Source: Chrysomallon squamiferum (lineage: Eukaryota; Animalia; Mollusca). From it: a stretch of DNA of 64,000 nt. Under the pieces are notes generated by a model. That model saw only the letters and a list, made by a program, of their open reading frames with translations. It was not told the origin of the DNA and searched no databases. The first letter of the stretch is position 1. Each line of letters starts with the position of its first letter. Below are positions 15,636 through 31,618 of this stretch, one piece after another. The stretch is taken from the NCBI GenBank assembly GCA_012295275.1, contig CM022677.1:26164001-26228000 (forward strand), given 5' to 3'. The translations under genes and the position numbers were made by a program.

Positions 15636-15769
15636 TAACGTTTGTTATATCGAAATTATTCATTTGAAAGAGATCACCGAGTAATTGACTTACTTATTTC
15701 TTGTTTGTCTGTTTCTACTAAAGAAACAAAAATGGTCAAAACCGTCAAAGCTGTAACTAAAGTCTTCAT
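15276..15769 (-). CDS. Small secreted single-TSR protein, 81 aa, two coding exons (15769-15694 and 15445-15276)
   Basis: Exon with ttttccag| acceptor (starts 15789), aacATG, MKTLVTALTVLTIFVSLVETDKQEI and A|gtaagt donor. It joins in phase 1 to ctccag|AA...GQGWTSWEIRGYDGGSVSCGIGTRTRREERVCKC...NVDCPGD-TAG. Confidence 0.72.
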
Positions 15770-17067
15770 GTTGTTAGAACAGCAGAATCCTGGAAAAACA
15801 GAAATTAAGAAATACAGAACATTTCTGCATATAATAGTTCTGCGTATTGATGTGATAAGTAATATGGTTACTGCTATTATGAAAAATATTTTGCGCATGT
15901 GAATCTTTGTCTAAACTCATCGGAATTTGCCATATTTTATAATTTTATTATACTTTATATATTTATTTATGAGTTATTTAGTCCCCTTTTTTGTCTTACT
16001 ATTGTTATTATTTATTTATTTACTGCTATTATTATTATTCTTATTGTTGTTGTTGTTGTTGTTTTGACTAAGTTGTTCTTCTTTAGAACATCTAAACTGT
16101 TTACATCATACCTCCCATCACTAACTCAAATTAGTAATATTATTACTGCTGCTACAACTACAACTACTAGTTGTAATATCGCTGTAGTCATTGTTGTTGT
16201 TGACATTCTTAGCAAAACAAATTCCATACAAATACCCATTCCATACAAATACCCACTTACCTGTGTAAGGTATAAAACACAGTTTTTTTATTCCTTTGAA
16301 GATTGTCAACTTTCCTCGTTTAATATGTTATAACATTCCACAAAGTTTTCTGCCGTTTTATTACCGTGAAATTCATATTGTTATGTCTGCCTTAAAATAA
16401 TCTATGTTTTATGCAGCATGACATTGTCCATAGTATATGTGTGTGTTTGTTCATATATTGTGTGTGTATAGGCGTGTAAGTGTGTATGTGTATGTGTGTG
16501 TGTGTGTGTTTATATATATATACACACGCACACACACATTATTGTTTTTATTCTTCAATATTTATGTAAGGTTATTGAGGTTAATTTGATGAACCTCTTT
16601 GATTGCAACAGTAAACAAGATTAGGTAAATCTCTGTTCAGAAACAGAGATCTTAGTAATTATGGTAATATGCCAATTAATTAAACATACATAGGCTAGAT
16701 TTATACTTGTGTTTCTGTCTTATAATGTGTGTACATGTATATATGTATATGTATGTGAATGAATATATATGTGCATGTATATCATGTGTGTGTGTCTGTA
16801 TGTGTGTGCGCGCGCGTGTGTGTGTGTGTATGTGTATATCCGTGTATATTTGTGTGTGTGTGTGTACATATATGTGTGTGTGCAGGCAAGCAGTAAGATA
16901 GATTCTAAACTAGATAGACAGACAGATATAATGTGTATCCGTGTGTATGTATATATATATATATATATCCTAATGATCCTAATGTTAATCTTTTAAAAAA
17001 AAACTTATTTTGTAATACGTAAATGAGATTATAAATCTCTTTAGAGAGATATAAGTTTTTATAGCAA

Positions 17068-17552
17068 ACATACATACATACATACATACATACATTTACA
17101 TACATACATAAGTTTTTATACATACATACATACATACATACATACATACATACATACATACATACATACATACATACATACATACATACATACATACATA
17201 CATACATACATACATACATACATACATACATACATACATACATACATACATACATACATACATACATACATACATACATACATACATACATACATACATA
17301 CATACATACATACATACATACATACATACATACATACATACATACATACATACATACATACATACATACATACATACATACATACATACATACATACATA
17401 CATACATACATACATACATACATACACACACACACATACATACATACATACATACATACATACATACATACATACATACATACATACATACATACATACA
17501 TACATACATACATACATACATACATACATACATACATACATACATACATACA

Positions 17553-17584
<32 letters not shown>

Positions 17585-17630
17585 CATACATACATACATA
17601 CATACATACATACATACATACATACATACA

Positions 17631-17664
<34 letters not shown>

Positions 17665-17730
17665 CATACATACATACATACATACATACATACATACATA
17701 CATACATACATACATACATACATACATACA

Positions 17731-17760
<30 letters not shown>
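17068..17760. repeat. (TACA)n microsatellite, ~690 bp
   Basis: Directly visible. Confidence 0.97.
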
Positions 17761-17761
<1 letters not shown>

Positions 17762-18668
17762 TGGTCACGTAAAAGCCAGTAAATAATTGTTGATAAAAAG
17801 ATCTACCAAAGAGTAGTTGTAAAAACGAACGATACACAATATTTCAAGAATTGCATTTTCCTGTTTTCCTTGTTCGTGTTGATATTATAACCATAACAAT
17901 AGAAAGGTTAGCAGTAGCTATAAAAATATTCAGTTATAATTAAATTAAAATCTTCTAAAGTATGCAGTTTTAATTCTAAAGATGCAATTTTTTCTGTTAT
18001 AATTTAATTTTCTTAAATTTGTAATTTTCCTTATAATTAAATATTTAAAAATTATTATTTAATATTCTAAAGTTTGCAAAGTTATGAAATATTCAATTAT
18101 AATTATGTATTCAGTCATTCAATTATAAATTTTTGTTTCTAAAATTGACATTGTTCAGTTATTAAATTCAGTCCATTAAGTTAAATAGTGCAATATAATT
18201 TAATATTGTAAAATTGGCAGTTTATAAACCAGTCAATTAGAATTTGATGTATACTAAAATTAATTTCATGAACATATATACTCACAGAGAAGTTTTCTTT
18301 CCGTCGAGAAAACAAGAAATGTTCTGTATAACAGCTTTCCTCGAGTAAGTCTTGTTAGTCTGATTAGATTTAACCATGCGGAAAAATATTTACCTGTAAT
18401 CCAACTGTTAAGGTGGAAAAACAAAATATGGCAAAGCAAATGGGCTGAGATTTCATGTTGTTGGGAAAAAAATAAAAAAATAAAAGGAAAATAAAGAAAA
18501 CGTAAGAATGTTTTATTACAGATGCTAAAAGACGTCAATGACTGTAAATGTCAAATTTGGTGATTATGAATAAAGAAAGAGTCAAAGTCGATTTTATAAA
18601 TGTAAATCAATCTGTGACGCTTTGTTATTTTATATATAGATAGCTATAAATATGTGGGTGTGGAATAA

Positions 18669-18718
<50 letters not shown>

Positions 18719-18736
18719 GAATATACCTATCATTTC

Positions 18737-18865
<129 letters not shown>

Positions 18866-19166
18866 CAACAAATGAAAATTATTTAAATAATCAAATTTAT
18901 TTAAACATTTTGTTAATGCTCAAAGTAAACAGGGTGGTAATGATATAATACAATTCTGTTTTTTAATAACTAATATTTTGTTGTTGTTGTTGTTGTTGTT
19001 GTTATGACAACAAAACCAGTAAGCGTCACTCTTAGAATATTACCGACAACCCTGAACTTAATTTTTAAAAATACTTTATTTGTAGTATAAAACAGGATAC
19101 TGGTTTCTGCTTTAATATACTGTTAATATTTCTATTACTTCTAATAATAATAATAATAATCATACA

Positions 19167-19207
<41 letters not shown>

Positions 19208-19251
19208 TAATAATAATGATGATAATAATAATAATGATGATGATGATGATG

Positions 19252-19292
<41 letters not shown>

Positions 19293-20578
19293 AATAATGA
19301 TAATAATAATAATAATGATGATAATAAAATGATAATAATAATGATAATAATAAATGTAAAGAAATAAAACACATCTGTTCAAAATAAAATGGGACAGGAA
19401 GGGAAATAACTCTCTCAGGTAGATATCATTATGTAATGATTAAACAGTCTACCTTTTTTCATGTTTTATTTACATGCAGGGTCTTCTCCATTTTACAGTG
19501 TTCATTATCTCTTAATTCTGCCTGAAGACCTTGGGTGTTTTTTTAACCACTACTTTCAGCTGTTTACTAATTTTTTTCTCTTCGTTTGGTTTGTTTGATT
19601 TTTTGTTTATTTTTATTTTTTGTTTTCTTTCTTCTATTTGTATTATTTGCATTATTATTATATTATATTATATTACATTATATTACATTACATTATATTA
19701 CATTACATTACATTACATTATATTATATTATATTATATTATTATATTATATTATATTATATTTTGATATATGTTACTTTTTTTACTATTGGTAAAAAACA
19801 GAAACCTGGAGGTAAAAATATATCGCTTTAAATCAATTCGAAGTGAGAAATGTAAAATAAAATAAAATAAAATAAAATAAAATAAATACAGTAAAAAATT
19901 ATTTACTAAATTTTGTTTATTAATTCGTTACTCCATCACGTACCATTCGATTTAAATAAATATTTATAAACAAGTTAAGAAAGAAACATTTCATGGTCTA
20001 CGGGGGATAACTCTCGCATTAATTCAAACCATAGTTAAAAGATAAATATGCCGCTTATATTGCAGTAATTCTAATTTATATGAAATGAATTTACATTACT
20101 CAGTATTTTTACACTTAGTATATGTTTTTATTTTCATTTTTATTCTTTCATTTTTAATTTTTCATTTTTAATATTTATTATTCTGTTTATGAATTTTCTG
20201 TCTTTTATTTTCCATTATATGATTAAAAATCTTTCGATATACACTATTAGCTCCCTTACACTACATTTTTTTAACTAGTAAAATATTTGTAATAATGCTG
20301 TTTAAATATTAGTTACGGCTTAGTTGGACACTAACTGATATTATTACTACAGTTGTTGTTTATTTATTTATGTTTATTGTTTTTGTTATTTTGTTTGTTT
20401 ATTTTTTCTTTGTTTCTTTATTCTTTTTTTTGTTGTTGTAATTTTCGATGTTACAATGCATTTGTCATTAATGGATTAAACAGAGTTATTTCCCTTACAC
20501 CACTTGTTAGAATATGAAATTGCATGCGATTACTGTTGTTTTGTCTCTGTTCTTATTCTTGTTATGTTCATTATCATC

Positions 20579-20622
<44 letters not shown>

Positions 20623-21110
20623 TTAAATTATTGTTAACGTTAATTCTAACGTTAGGATGTCAGGTATGTGTGAAGGTCTTTGTCTCTTGTCTGTGAATGG
20701 ATATGGGTGGGGCTGTTTACTTATGTTTCAGTGATTAATTTATTTTATATCTTTGAAATCTTTGAAATCTTTTTTTTTTTTTTTTTTTTTTTTTACTATT
20801 TAATGATTCCAGCATTTCAACATAGAGAAAAATACTCCTCATTACGAATTCGTCATTTTAATGATTATGTGCACCATTATTTAAAAATAACATTTTATTA
20901 AATATTTTTATTTTGATGTTTAAGAAAAACTATTAATAATAATAAAACGATTATGATTTCCTTCATGCTATCAAACTACATATTTCATATTTTTTAATCG
21001 TTTGAAAATTGCTGTCACTTGCAGATGTTTAGATTTATGTCGTCTGTTTCGTTAAAGAAAGAAAAAAGTAAGGAGCAAGAATGTGTGTGCGTGGGTGTGC
21101 GTGGGTGTGC

Positions 21111-21195
<85 letters not shown>

Positions 21196-21253
21196 TAACG
21201 TTTGTTATATCGAAATTATTCATTTGAAAGAGATCACCGAGTAATTGACTTAC

Positions 21254-21349
21254 TTATTTCTTGTTTGTCTGTTTCTACTAAAGAAACAAAAATGGTCAAA
21301 ACCGTCAAAGCTGTAACTAAAGTCTTCATGTTGTTAGAACAGCAGAATC
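21254..21349 (-). other. Duplicate (orphan) signal-peptide exon, ATG at 21329
   Basis: Block ~21190-21605 is a near-identical copy of ~15630-16045 (offset 5560; four differences seen, all intronic). No TSR exon lies directly downstream. Confidence 0.75.
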
Positions 21350-21819
21350 CTGGAAAAACAGAAATTAAGAAGTACAGAACATTTCTGCATATAATAGTTC
21401 TGCTTATTGATGTGATAAGTAATATGATTACTGCTATTATGAAAAATAGTTTGCGCATGTGAATCTTTGTCTAAACTCATCGGAATTTGCCATATTTTAT
21501 AATTTTATTATACTTTATATATTTATTTATGAGTTATTTAGTCCCCTTTTTTGTCTTACTATTGTTATTATTTATTTATTTACTGCTATTATTATTATTC
21601 TTATTGAGTGTGTGTGTGTATGTGTGTGTGTGTTATGTTGGTAACATAATGATTTCCAGAGTCTGCTATGAAAAACTCTCCTTGTCAACAGAATTTAGAA
21701 GTGAACTTTTCTCACGCCAAACTGTTCACAAAACACACCCTCTTTTTACCTGTAAATAGTTTGAATACCTTTTCCCAACAACCAGTATTCCATTCAGGAA
21801 GTACTAGAAAAAGGTAACC

Positions 21820-21900
21820 AACAAATGGACAATTAACATTCATGTATTCCATTAACTGTTTTCGTATTCTGTAATTTGCATAATCTTTCGTTGCGACGGA
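21820..21900 (-). pseudogene. Decayed remnant of the family's terminal TSR exon
   Basis: Reverse strand reads RRNERLCK, then after a frameshift NVNCP, matching RREERVCK...NVDCP of the 15.3-kb exon. Confidence 0.5.
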
Positions 21901-22734
21901 TTATAAAAATTAATCTTTAGTGTGAGTTAAGACATATAAAATATTTTTATTGCTTTTTCATAAAATTTTAGATATTGTATTTTTTTTTTTTTTTTTTTTT
22001 TCTATAATTTGTATTTTATAATTATTACTATTATTATTATTTCGGTTGTTTAGGAAGTGTAATAAATAGCTTCATTAACTTGTTTACAATTTCGTGACAC
22101 TGCCGTTATTATTTTCAAATTTATTATTTAAATTATGTCAATAAAGGAACAAACAGGATTAGAATTACAGCAACCGCCCATACACAAAGCACAAAATAAA
22201 CTAAAATAAAATTAAATATTCATTAAGAATAAACAAGAAAATAATAACAAGAACAACAGCAGTAACAGCAATAATAACAGTAGTAGTAGTTGTAGTAGTA
22301 GTGGTGGTGGTGGTAATAGTACTAGTAGAAATGTTAGTAGCAGTAATAAAAACAACAATAATAAAACTAGTTAAGAAATGTAAAAATTAGAAACAAATAT
22401 TACCCTGGAATTTTATTAACTTCGTGACCTTTTCGCATGACCTTTTGTTAAAATCACGTCACTGCATTTAGTTATAATAAATTATTTATCAGTAATGTCT
22501 ATATTTTGTACGTTTACAATGATTATATTTAAATTAAATTTCGATTATATTTATACGGTCGTAAAAATGTAGTGATTATAAGCATAATGACATTGAGAAC
22601 ACATTTGTTATGTTTTGTAAATTATTTATACACAAGAATAAACGTAATTTAATTTTAAATACATAACATAAATACAGTGTCACTCTTTGGAATGGGTATT
22701 GGAAGTGTGTGCATTCATATATATATATATATAT

Positions 22735-22883
<149 letters not shown>

Positions 22884-23309
22884 AGGATGGATTCATACAC
22901 ATATAAATACCAAACGAGATAATTAGTGGGATAGATACGTACAGATACGGACGGATGAATATATAGAACATTTTCTTTTGTGTCTGTGGATGTTTTGTTT
23001 ACGAATCGAGCAAAATGCAATGATGCAATCGCACCCTAAAGAGGAGATAACTCAGACGCTTATTTGTTGTGACATTTTTCTCTGCTGTTCAGTGCACACA
23101 GGTAAATTAAAAATACACTTCAAAGAAAGACCAAACTAGAAAAATCCTTTATTTTCCTATATCCATTTATTTCTTTTATTTCTTTATTTCTTTATTTCTT
23201 TATTACTGTTATTACAATGTTGTTGTTATTATTATTATTATTATTATTATAATATTTAGTTAGTTTAATTGTTCGTTTCTTTACTTTTCAGTTTTATTAT
23301 ATTCGTGTG

Positions 23310-23341
<32 letters not shown>

Positions 23342-25096
23342 TATGAGACTAAAAAGCTGCCAGGCCCGTGAGGAGGTGAAACACGAATCTGTCACAGCGG
23401 GAGCAGTTGTTTGTTGAAAACGTTTTCACCTGTTAAACTCAGCTGCCAATTTCCTTTCTGGCTGATTTTAGACAAACCAGCCAGTATAATAAATATATAT
23501 ATATATATAAAGCATATACTACGGATGTTCATAATAATAATAATAATAATACTGTTGTTATTTTCTCTCTTTTCATAATTCAGTTTTCCATGTCTCTATC
23601 TATCCATCTGTCTATCTATCTATCTACATATATATATATACACACACACATCCATTCACACACACACATATACAAAAAATTATAAGAAAATATAATTCCA
23701 CAATCTTTTCAAATGCATAATCATATGTACCAACACACAGATATATCAAATATACAGGTGTGTGTGTGTGTGTGTGTATGTGTAAAACTAAACAAAAAAC
23801 AGGATATTAACTAATAATATATTGTACATTTTTTTGTCTCCCGTTCACGGTAACGTTAAAAAATTTACCAAGTGTGTGTACTTTTTTACTAAACAGTGAA
23901 ATCTCTGAATTCATTTAGCGTTCACAAACTGTAGAGTAATAAATATCTGTAAGAAAACAGGTCAGAGGAACAAAGCCTTATCATAAAACGTCAACCGAAA
24001 ATACGTGAATATAAATATATATTTTTTTTTTTTTCGAACAAGTGCTTTATCATTTTGACATGGTCATCCCAAAACAGTTAAAAAAAAGATTTAATATTAG
24101 CTTCTCAGTCAGTCGTAAAACGTGTATTAAGAAAAGATTCTGGAAAATAAAATTTGTCTTCTAACGTTTTGGTTTTAATCCACAAGATGATTAAATATTA
24201 TGTAGAATAATAAATCAACACAGTAAAAATCTCTCTCCCTCTGTCTGTCTATTTGTGTGTCTCTGTCTGTGTGTGTCTGTCTGTCTGACTGTCTGTCGTG
24301 GAAGAAAATGTTTGTACTAATAAATTGGTTGAATCTGTGAACGCGTACATTTATTTAAGATTTATAATTTACGAAAAAGATGAAAACACAAAAAGTCGGA
24401 ACCGGACAAACAAACACGTGACCGGTTGAAATCGCCGTCCAAAGGATTTGTTCCTGTAACCCGTCAGTTCTCTGTGGATGTCTCTGAAATTAAAATTTGT
24501 TTTCATCTTGAAATGTTCTGTGACAAATCTGGAAGACGTGTTCTTAAAAACCCCATCGAAGGCACATCCTAATTAATAAAAAAAATAATTATAATTATAA
24601 TAATTAAAATATATATATATATGTTAATAATAACGATTATAAATAAATAATATAATTAAATGACATAAACAAATGAATAGATAAACAAATAAACAAATAA
24701 ATAAATAAACACACAAACAATCAAACAAACAAACAAATAAATAAATAATTAAATAAATAAACAAAAAACAACCAAACAAACAATCAAACAAACAAACAAA
24801 CAAACAAACAAATAAATAAATAAACAAACAAAAAACAACCAAATAAAAAACAACCAAATAAAAAAACAATCAAACAAATAAATAAATAAATAAAACAGGT
24901 AGGTCACGGAAAGAAGCTCTTTCCAGTGCTGCTGCCTGAATATATTTTCAAACTTTAAAAACAATTTTTTAAAACTACAACCAAATGCTCCATCATTCTT
25001 TTCGTTACAGCACCTGTTTATCAAAATTAAATATTATTACAATCATTAAACTTATTTTTTCCAGTTTCTACATTTCACAATTTTTTTTCTCGGATC

Positions 25097-25222
25097 TCCT
25101 TAGCACATTCCGGCCCATAACATTACCACTACGACAGTCACAACGTCGACAGCGTTCCGACATCCCGTCGCAGACCCCATTCTTTGCATTCCCCATCATC
25201 TCACTGTGTGTGTGCACTGCAA
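25097..25222 (-). pseudogene. Possible decayed EGF-like (MEGF10/SCARF-type) exon
   Basis: After a ttttctcag acceptor: C/KNGVCDGMSERCRRCDCRSG/YGPECAK, which needs two frameshifts to assemble. Confidence 0.35.
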
Positions 25223-26425
25223 CTGAGAAAACACAGTACGTTGTTTTCATACAAAATACTTAAACTAATAAATTCTTTTATTATTTTATTAGGACGTTAA
25301 ACATGGTCCGATTACTTCCACGCTTCAATTAACTTGAGCAATTAGAGGGAGGTGCCGGTGGTACGGATGATTGATGTTTATTGTTTCTGAACTGAGTAAC
25401 TTATGTTTGGTCGCTGTACCAATGCAGTACGCACGAACTCAATAAAAAAAATGACATGAATTATAGGCTAAATAAATAAATAATATATATATATATTGTT
25501 ATGTTTATAATAAGATAACAGGTTCCAGTGTACATTCCAATACTCTTCGTTGTAAAATAATAAATAATAAACAAATAATAACCAGTGTCCCTAACTTTGA
25601 TACCAAGTACGTAGATCACTTATATAAACAGCAGCTGGAATTGTACATTATTGTTTTTGTTGATATTGTTATTGTTATTATTCTTTGTTAACGTTGTTGT
25701 GGTTATGATACATGTAGATCTGAGAGAGAGAGAAAGAGAGCCATTTAACAAAATGTAACAGTACATGCAACTCAAACAGTTTCAGCAGCATCTAATCATC
25801 TTCTTGAAATCTTCAAACACTCTTTTCTCTTTCATCTCTAACCTTTCACCCCACCCATCCCCACCCGAGTCGGGAAGAGATCCCCACCTAACAATAAAAG
25901 AGATTTCAGCTGGGTACGTAGCGATCGCGCCAAAGTGCACGTGACGCTGTTTCTCTCAGCTCACAAAACCTCTCCGAGTGAAAGCAAACTTGGGACAGAA
26001 GAAAGAATCCAAGGCTTGCAGCGTCACGCGGATACGAATCAGTTGATTTAAATCAACGTCGACGCCTTTGTTCTGTACCTGTTTGCATGTTGCCACCATC
26101 GGGAAGAAATGTCCCACGCAAAACGTCGTAAGAAGAAAAAAGAAAAAAGAAAAAAAGAAAGCTTGTTTGGTTTTCTCCCCAGTGTAAACAGATCGCAGTT
26201 TATTTTTTCAATCAGTTGTGTCAAGTGAGACAGGTGTGTTGTTACTGACGGGTTCAGTTAATTTATACTAATTTTATTGTAGAAGAAATTCAAATATACA
26301 CCCACAAAGACAGCTTCACACCCACCTACTCATCCAAACACAAACACATACAGAAACACAGACAGACAGACACACACACATACACACTGACACCTAGCAT
26401 TATGCATTTACAAAACCTTTACATG

Positions 26426-26462
<37 letters not shown>

Positions 26463-28337
26463 TGCGTGTGGGGGTGTATGTTTATTAAAATAATATGAAT
26501 AATAACAAAAAAAATAGTAAAGTTAACAAACAACAAAAACGATTCAATATCAGCAGCAGCAACAAGCAAAAGCATAAACAACAATACTAAAATTAATAAT
26601 AACAATAATAATTTGATATAGATAGATAGATAGATAGACAGACAGATAGATAGATAGATATATAGATAGACAGACAGACAGACAGATAGATACATAGATA
26701 AACAGCTATAGATATATAGATAGATATAGATAGATAGACAGATAGATAGATAGATAGACCACACTCTCTCCCTTTTGTTTTCCTTCATTCTCTCATTAAC
26801 CTATATGGCGTAATGATGGACTAGGAAATCGATCGCACAGAATCGATACTATTTTTAATATTTCTATCTACGATATGACGTCATCAGTTATTAGGAAAAT
26901 TGACCCTTACGATTAATTGTATTATATTTTTTTATATTTTACTACACGGAAAGATTTGTAAATTACTGACTTGAAATATAAAGTATTTACATGTATATGG
27001 AAATTACATTTAAATCTGTATGTATATAAGTATGAGTAATGTTTGTTTTATACTTTTCTTGGGATATTTTATAATGTGTGTAGTACGCTCGACTTCTTCA
27101 AATATTTGGATCAAATGTCAAATTCATTAAGAATAATATTTTCACGAGATAGCTTACAAGGTGTTATTACCGTATTGTTATACAGCTAATTTTTTGTAAT
27201 CACGTAGTATTGCCTATTGTTATATAGCTAATGTTTGTTATCACGTGTTATTACGTTATTATTATGTGGCTAATTTTGGTAATCCGACTGATGAAAGAAT
27301 ACTGATGAAGGCTACCTCTTTTTAAGATCGATCTCGGTCATTCAACTTTACATATTCGTAAGAATCTATAACGCACATACCCTTTACAAAAACTGCTTGC
27401 GATAAATGCATACACGCACGCACGAAAACACACAACATATGTACACGCATTAACATTATTTACTTATTCGTTTTTGTTTGTTTATGTATGTATGTTTACG
27501 AATATGTACGTATGTATATTATAGAGAGCGTGCGTGCATGCATGTGCGTATGCATGCATTTAGCGTAAGCAGTTTTTGTAATTGTGTATGTGTGTGTGTA
27601 TGTACGTATGTATATTTATATGTGTATGTATGTATGTAAGTATGTAGGCATACGTATGTTTATATGCGCAAATGCATGAGTATAATCCGTTTGGAAATTT
27701 GTCGTCGTTCAACTTCATTTGAAATGCAGTACCACACATAACATTCATTCATTCTGCAGCGACATCCGAATCACAGCCTTCAAATTCGGACGAAAACGAT
27801 ATTTATCGAGGAAAAAGAAATGTTACAGTGACCCAGACCTAGGTGGGTTTTTTTTTTTTTTGGCTTATATCACGTGACCCAAGGTCAACCATAGGTTAGT
27901 AGGTTCCATCAACAAACGAAAAGAAACGATTTAAAAAAACGTCGCTGGAAAACTACAATAGTCAAATATGATCAGCGGATAATTCTGTTATGATTTTTAC
28001 TGCGGGACTACACGTTTTCGTGAAAGAGGTTATTCCGCACGAGTTCACTTGACACTGCGGACCTGTTAACTCACAATAAACACAACTTACCACTGACCAG
28101 CGGCTAGTTTAGGCTCAAGCGGTGGGCTTTTCTGGTTGATTGAGTTGGTCACTTCAAAATGATTCGACATGAAACTTGACGTTCAAATTCTCAACAGAAT
28201 TCAGTTTAGGAGATTAAAGGCGCAGATGATTATAAATAAACACACAAACAAATTATTAATAATATAATGTGTGCTTGTAAGAAGCAAAATGTTCTTTAAA
28301 GAAACTGCAGAGAAAGAGAGAGATGCATATATATATA

Positions 28338-29146
<809 letters not shown>

Positions 29147-29448
29147 CATTTCAAGAACAACAACAGGTAGTTTTTACCTCCCTTGCATCAGTTATACACT
29201 GATTTTTCTTCACCTGTTATTAAACTGGTTTTTCTATGATTTCAACAGATTTTCAAATGGCTATGACACTGTTAACTCCAAATAGCCGTGATGCGTTGCA
29301 AACTGGGACAGTATGCACTAAGTAATGACGTCAGTAAAACAAGCAGTTCCTGGTGAAATCACTAAAGATGTCTATCTATCTATCTGTCTATCTATCTACC
29401 TATCTATCTATCTATCTATCTATCTATATCTATCTATCTATCTATCTA

Positions 29449-29492
<44 letters not shown>

Positions 29493-29710
29493 CGTGTGTG
29501 TGTGTGATTATAAACATTTTTAAAATAGAACACTGCTTGTGCAACACTGATATAATAACAACAACAACAACAACAACAATAATAATAATAATAATAATAA
29601 TAATAATTATTATTATTAATTAATAAATAAATAAATAACAGGATTAAATAAAAGCGAATTTTTTTTCCCCACTTTGCCAACATTACTGAAAACATTAATA
29701 TTTATATAGT

Positions 29711-29799
<89 letters not shown>

Positions 29800-30317
29800 T
29801 GATCGTGATGACGAACCAAGAAAGAAGGAGAAAAGAATGCAGCTCTGTGACGTAATAGAGAAGAATTCGCTGAGCTCGTTTCAGTCGTATTGTTGAAACT
29901 ACTTCTTTGAAAACTGGTTTTCAACGTGCACTCATAACATAAACGCTTGTCTATTGTGCTGATTTCGTAACAGGAATGTTTCACAACCTCCACGATGTCG
30001 TGCCGACTCTTACGTGGGTGTGAGGACATTTCTGACATCTTCAACCGGTTCCCTGGCGTCGTACATAAACTTACTATTGCTTATTATTATTATTATTTTG
30101 TTTCTCTCTGTAATTGGCAGTGTTCTCTATATCATCATTTGTATTTATATATTTTTTATTATTTTATTTAACCCTCTCTCTTAATCTTTTGTCTTCTTTC
30201 GTTCTTTCTCTCTATCATTTAATCTGACTATCATTTAACTCTCATTCGATCTTTCTTTCATGTTTTTCTCTCTTTCTACTCTTTCGTTTTTCTCTCTATC
30301 ATTTCTCTTTCAACTCG

Positions 30318-30411
<94 letters not shown>

Positions 30412-30519
30412 TCTCGCCTATGCGCTTTATGTCATTCCTGGTGTTAATACTTTATAAGCAGTAAAACAGTTATATCCAATTAATACAGAACAATACTTTT
30501 ACTAAACACTGTATCCCCC

Positions 30520-30585
<66 letters not shown>

Positions 30586-31079
30586 CCCCATAAAAAAAAA
30601 TTACATTTTTATTATTATTATTATTATCAGTATCATAAAATTACAATTTTATTATTATTTTTTTTTTTAAGATTTCTTTAAAAAAAAAAAAAAAGAAAAA
30701 TGTCTGTAGGTTGCACCTACCCCGATAACCGGGTACCAATAGCTGGATCTCGATTATTCAGACCTGGTTTTAAAACTTGATCGGCGAGTTTTCTGACTCA
30801 CTTACAAAAGAATACAAAACAAACTCACGCACAAACAAGCAAACTGTAAAGATGTTTTTGTGGGACAACTGCTCTCTCCAGTTCAGAAATATATTTCACA
30901 TACGTAGCCAAAGAACCGGCAAAACCTGTATTACCCCCCCAAGGAATTCTGGGACAGCTTGTCTTTATGAATGAAATAAAAATAAAATAATATACACGTA
31001 CTTTTTTTTTTTTTTTTTTTTTTCCCCGTAACGCCTCGGTGAACTTTTACAATCGTTTAAAAGCAGACGATACATACCC

Positions 31080-31528
31080 TTCTAATGGCTGTCGTCCAAT
31101 AAGAGCACAATCGGTTTTACGGAAGTACCCGAACTCCCACGAACCGTGTCACGAGACTTAACGAGTGATGTGGGGGAAAAATAGATTTAAAAGGGTGTGT
31201 GAAGCATTAACCCGTTCTTCGGGGTGTGTCGTAAAACTGGTCTGTTCTGCAGTTCGTGGTTAGTCCGCCGATACCGTCCTCCATAGCCGAGACTCGTTTT
31301 TTTCACTCCTGTTTGGACCGGCTGATTGTAAAAATGATTGACTTAAAGTAAATTTTCTGGAATATTTTCGAATTTAGTAAAGGCAAAGCAGAGTGAACTT
31401 TATTGGGTTTTTTTTTTTTTTTTTTTTTTTTTTTTCGGAGAGTTAACAGAAGAACAAGAAAGAAAAAGTTTTTTCTTTTGCATTTGGTTCTTCTGAACCG
31501 GTCCGTGGATTGAAGAACAAGAAAATTC
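31080..31528 (+). promoter_or_regulatory. Candidate promoter and non-coding first exon
   Basis: CpG-richer patch with CCAAT (~31096), CGGAAGT ETS-like site (~31120) and TTTAAAAG (~31187), ending in a C|gtaagt donor at 31529. The ATG exon at 42716 has an acceptor, so an upstream exon is required. Confidence 0.35.
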
Positions 31529-31558
31529 GTAAGTTTGCTTTTTATTATTTATTTATTT

Positions 31559-31618
<60 letters not shown>

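Noticed and set aside
30521-30580. A60 tract as a retrogene tail
   Set aside because: No upstream ORF or target-site duplication; long homopolymers are common in this window.
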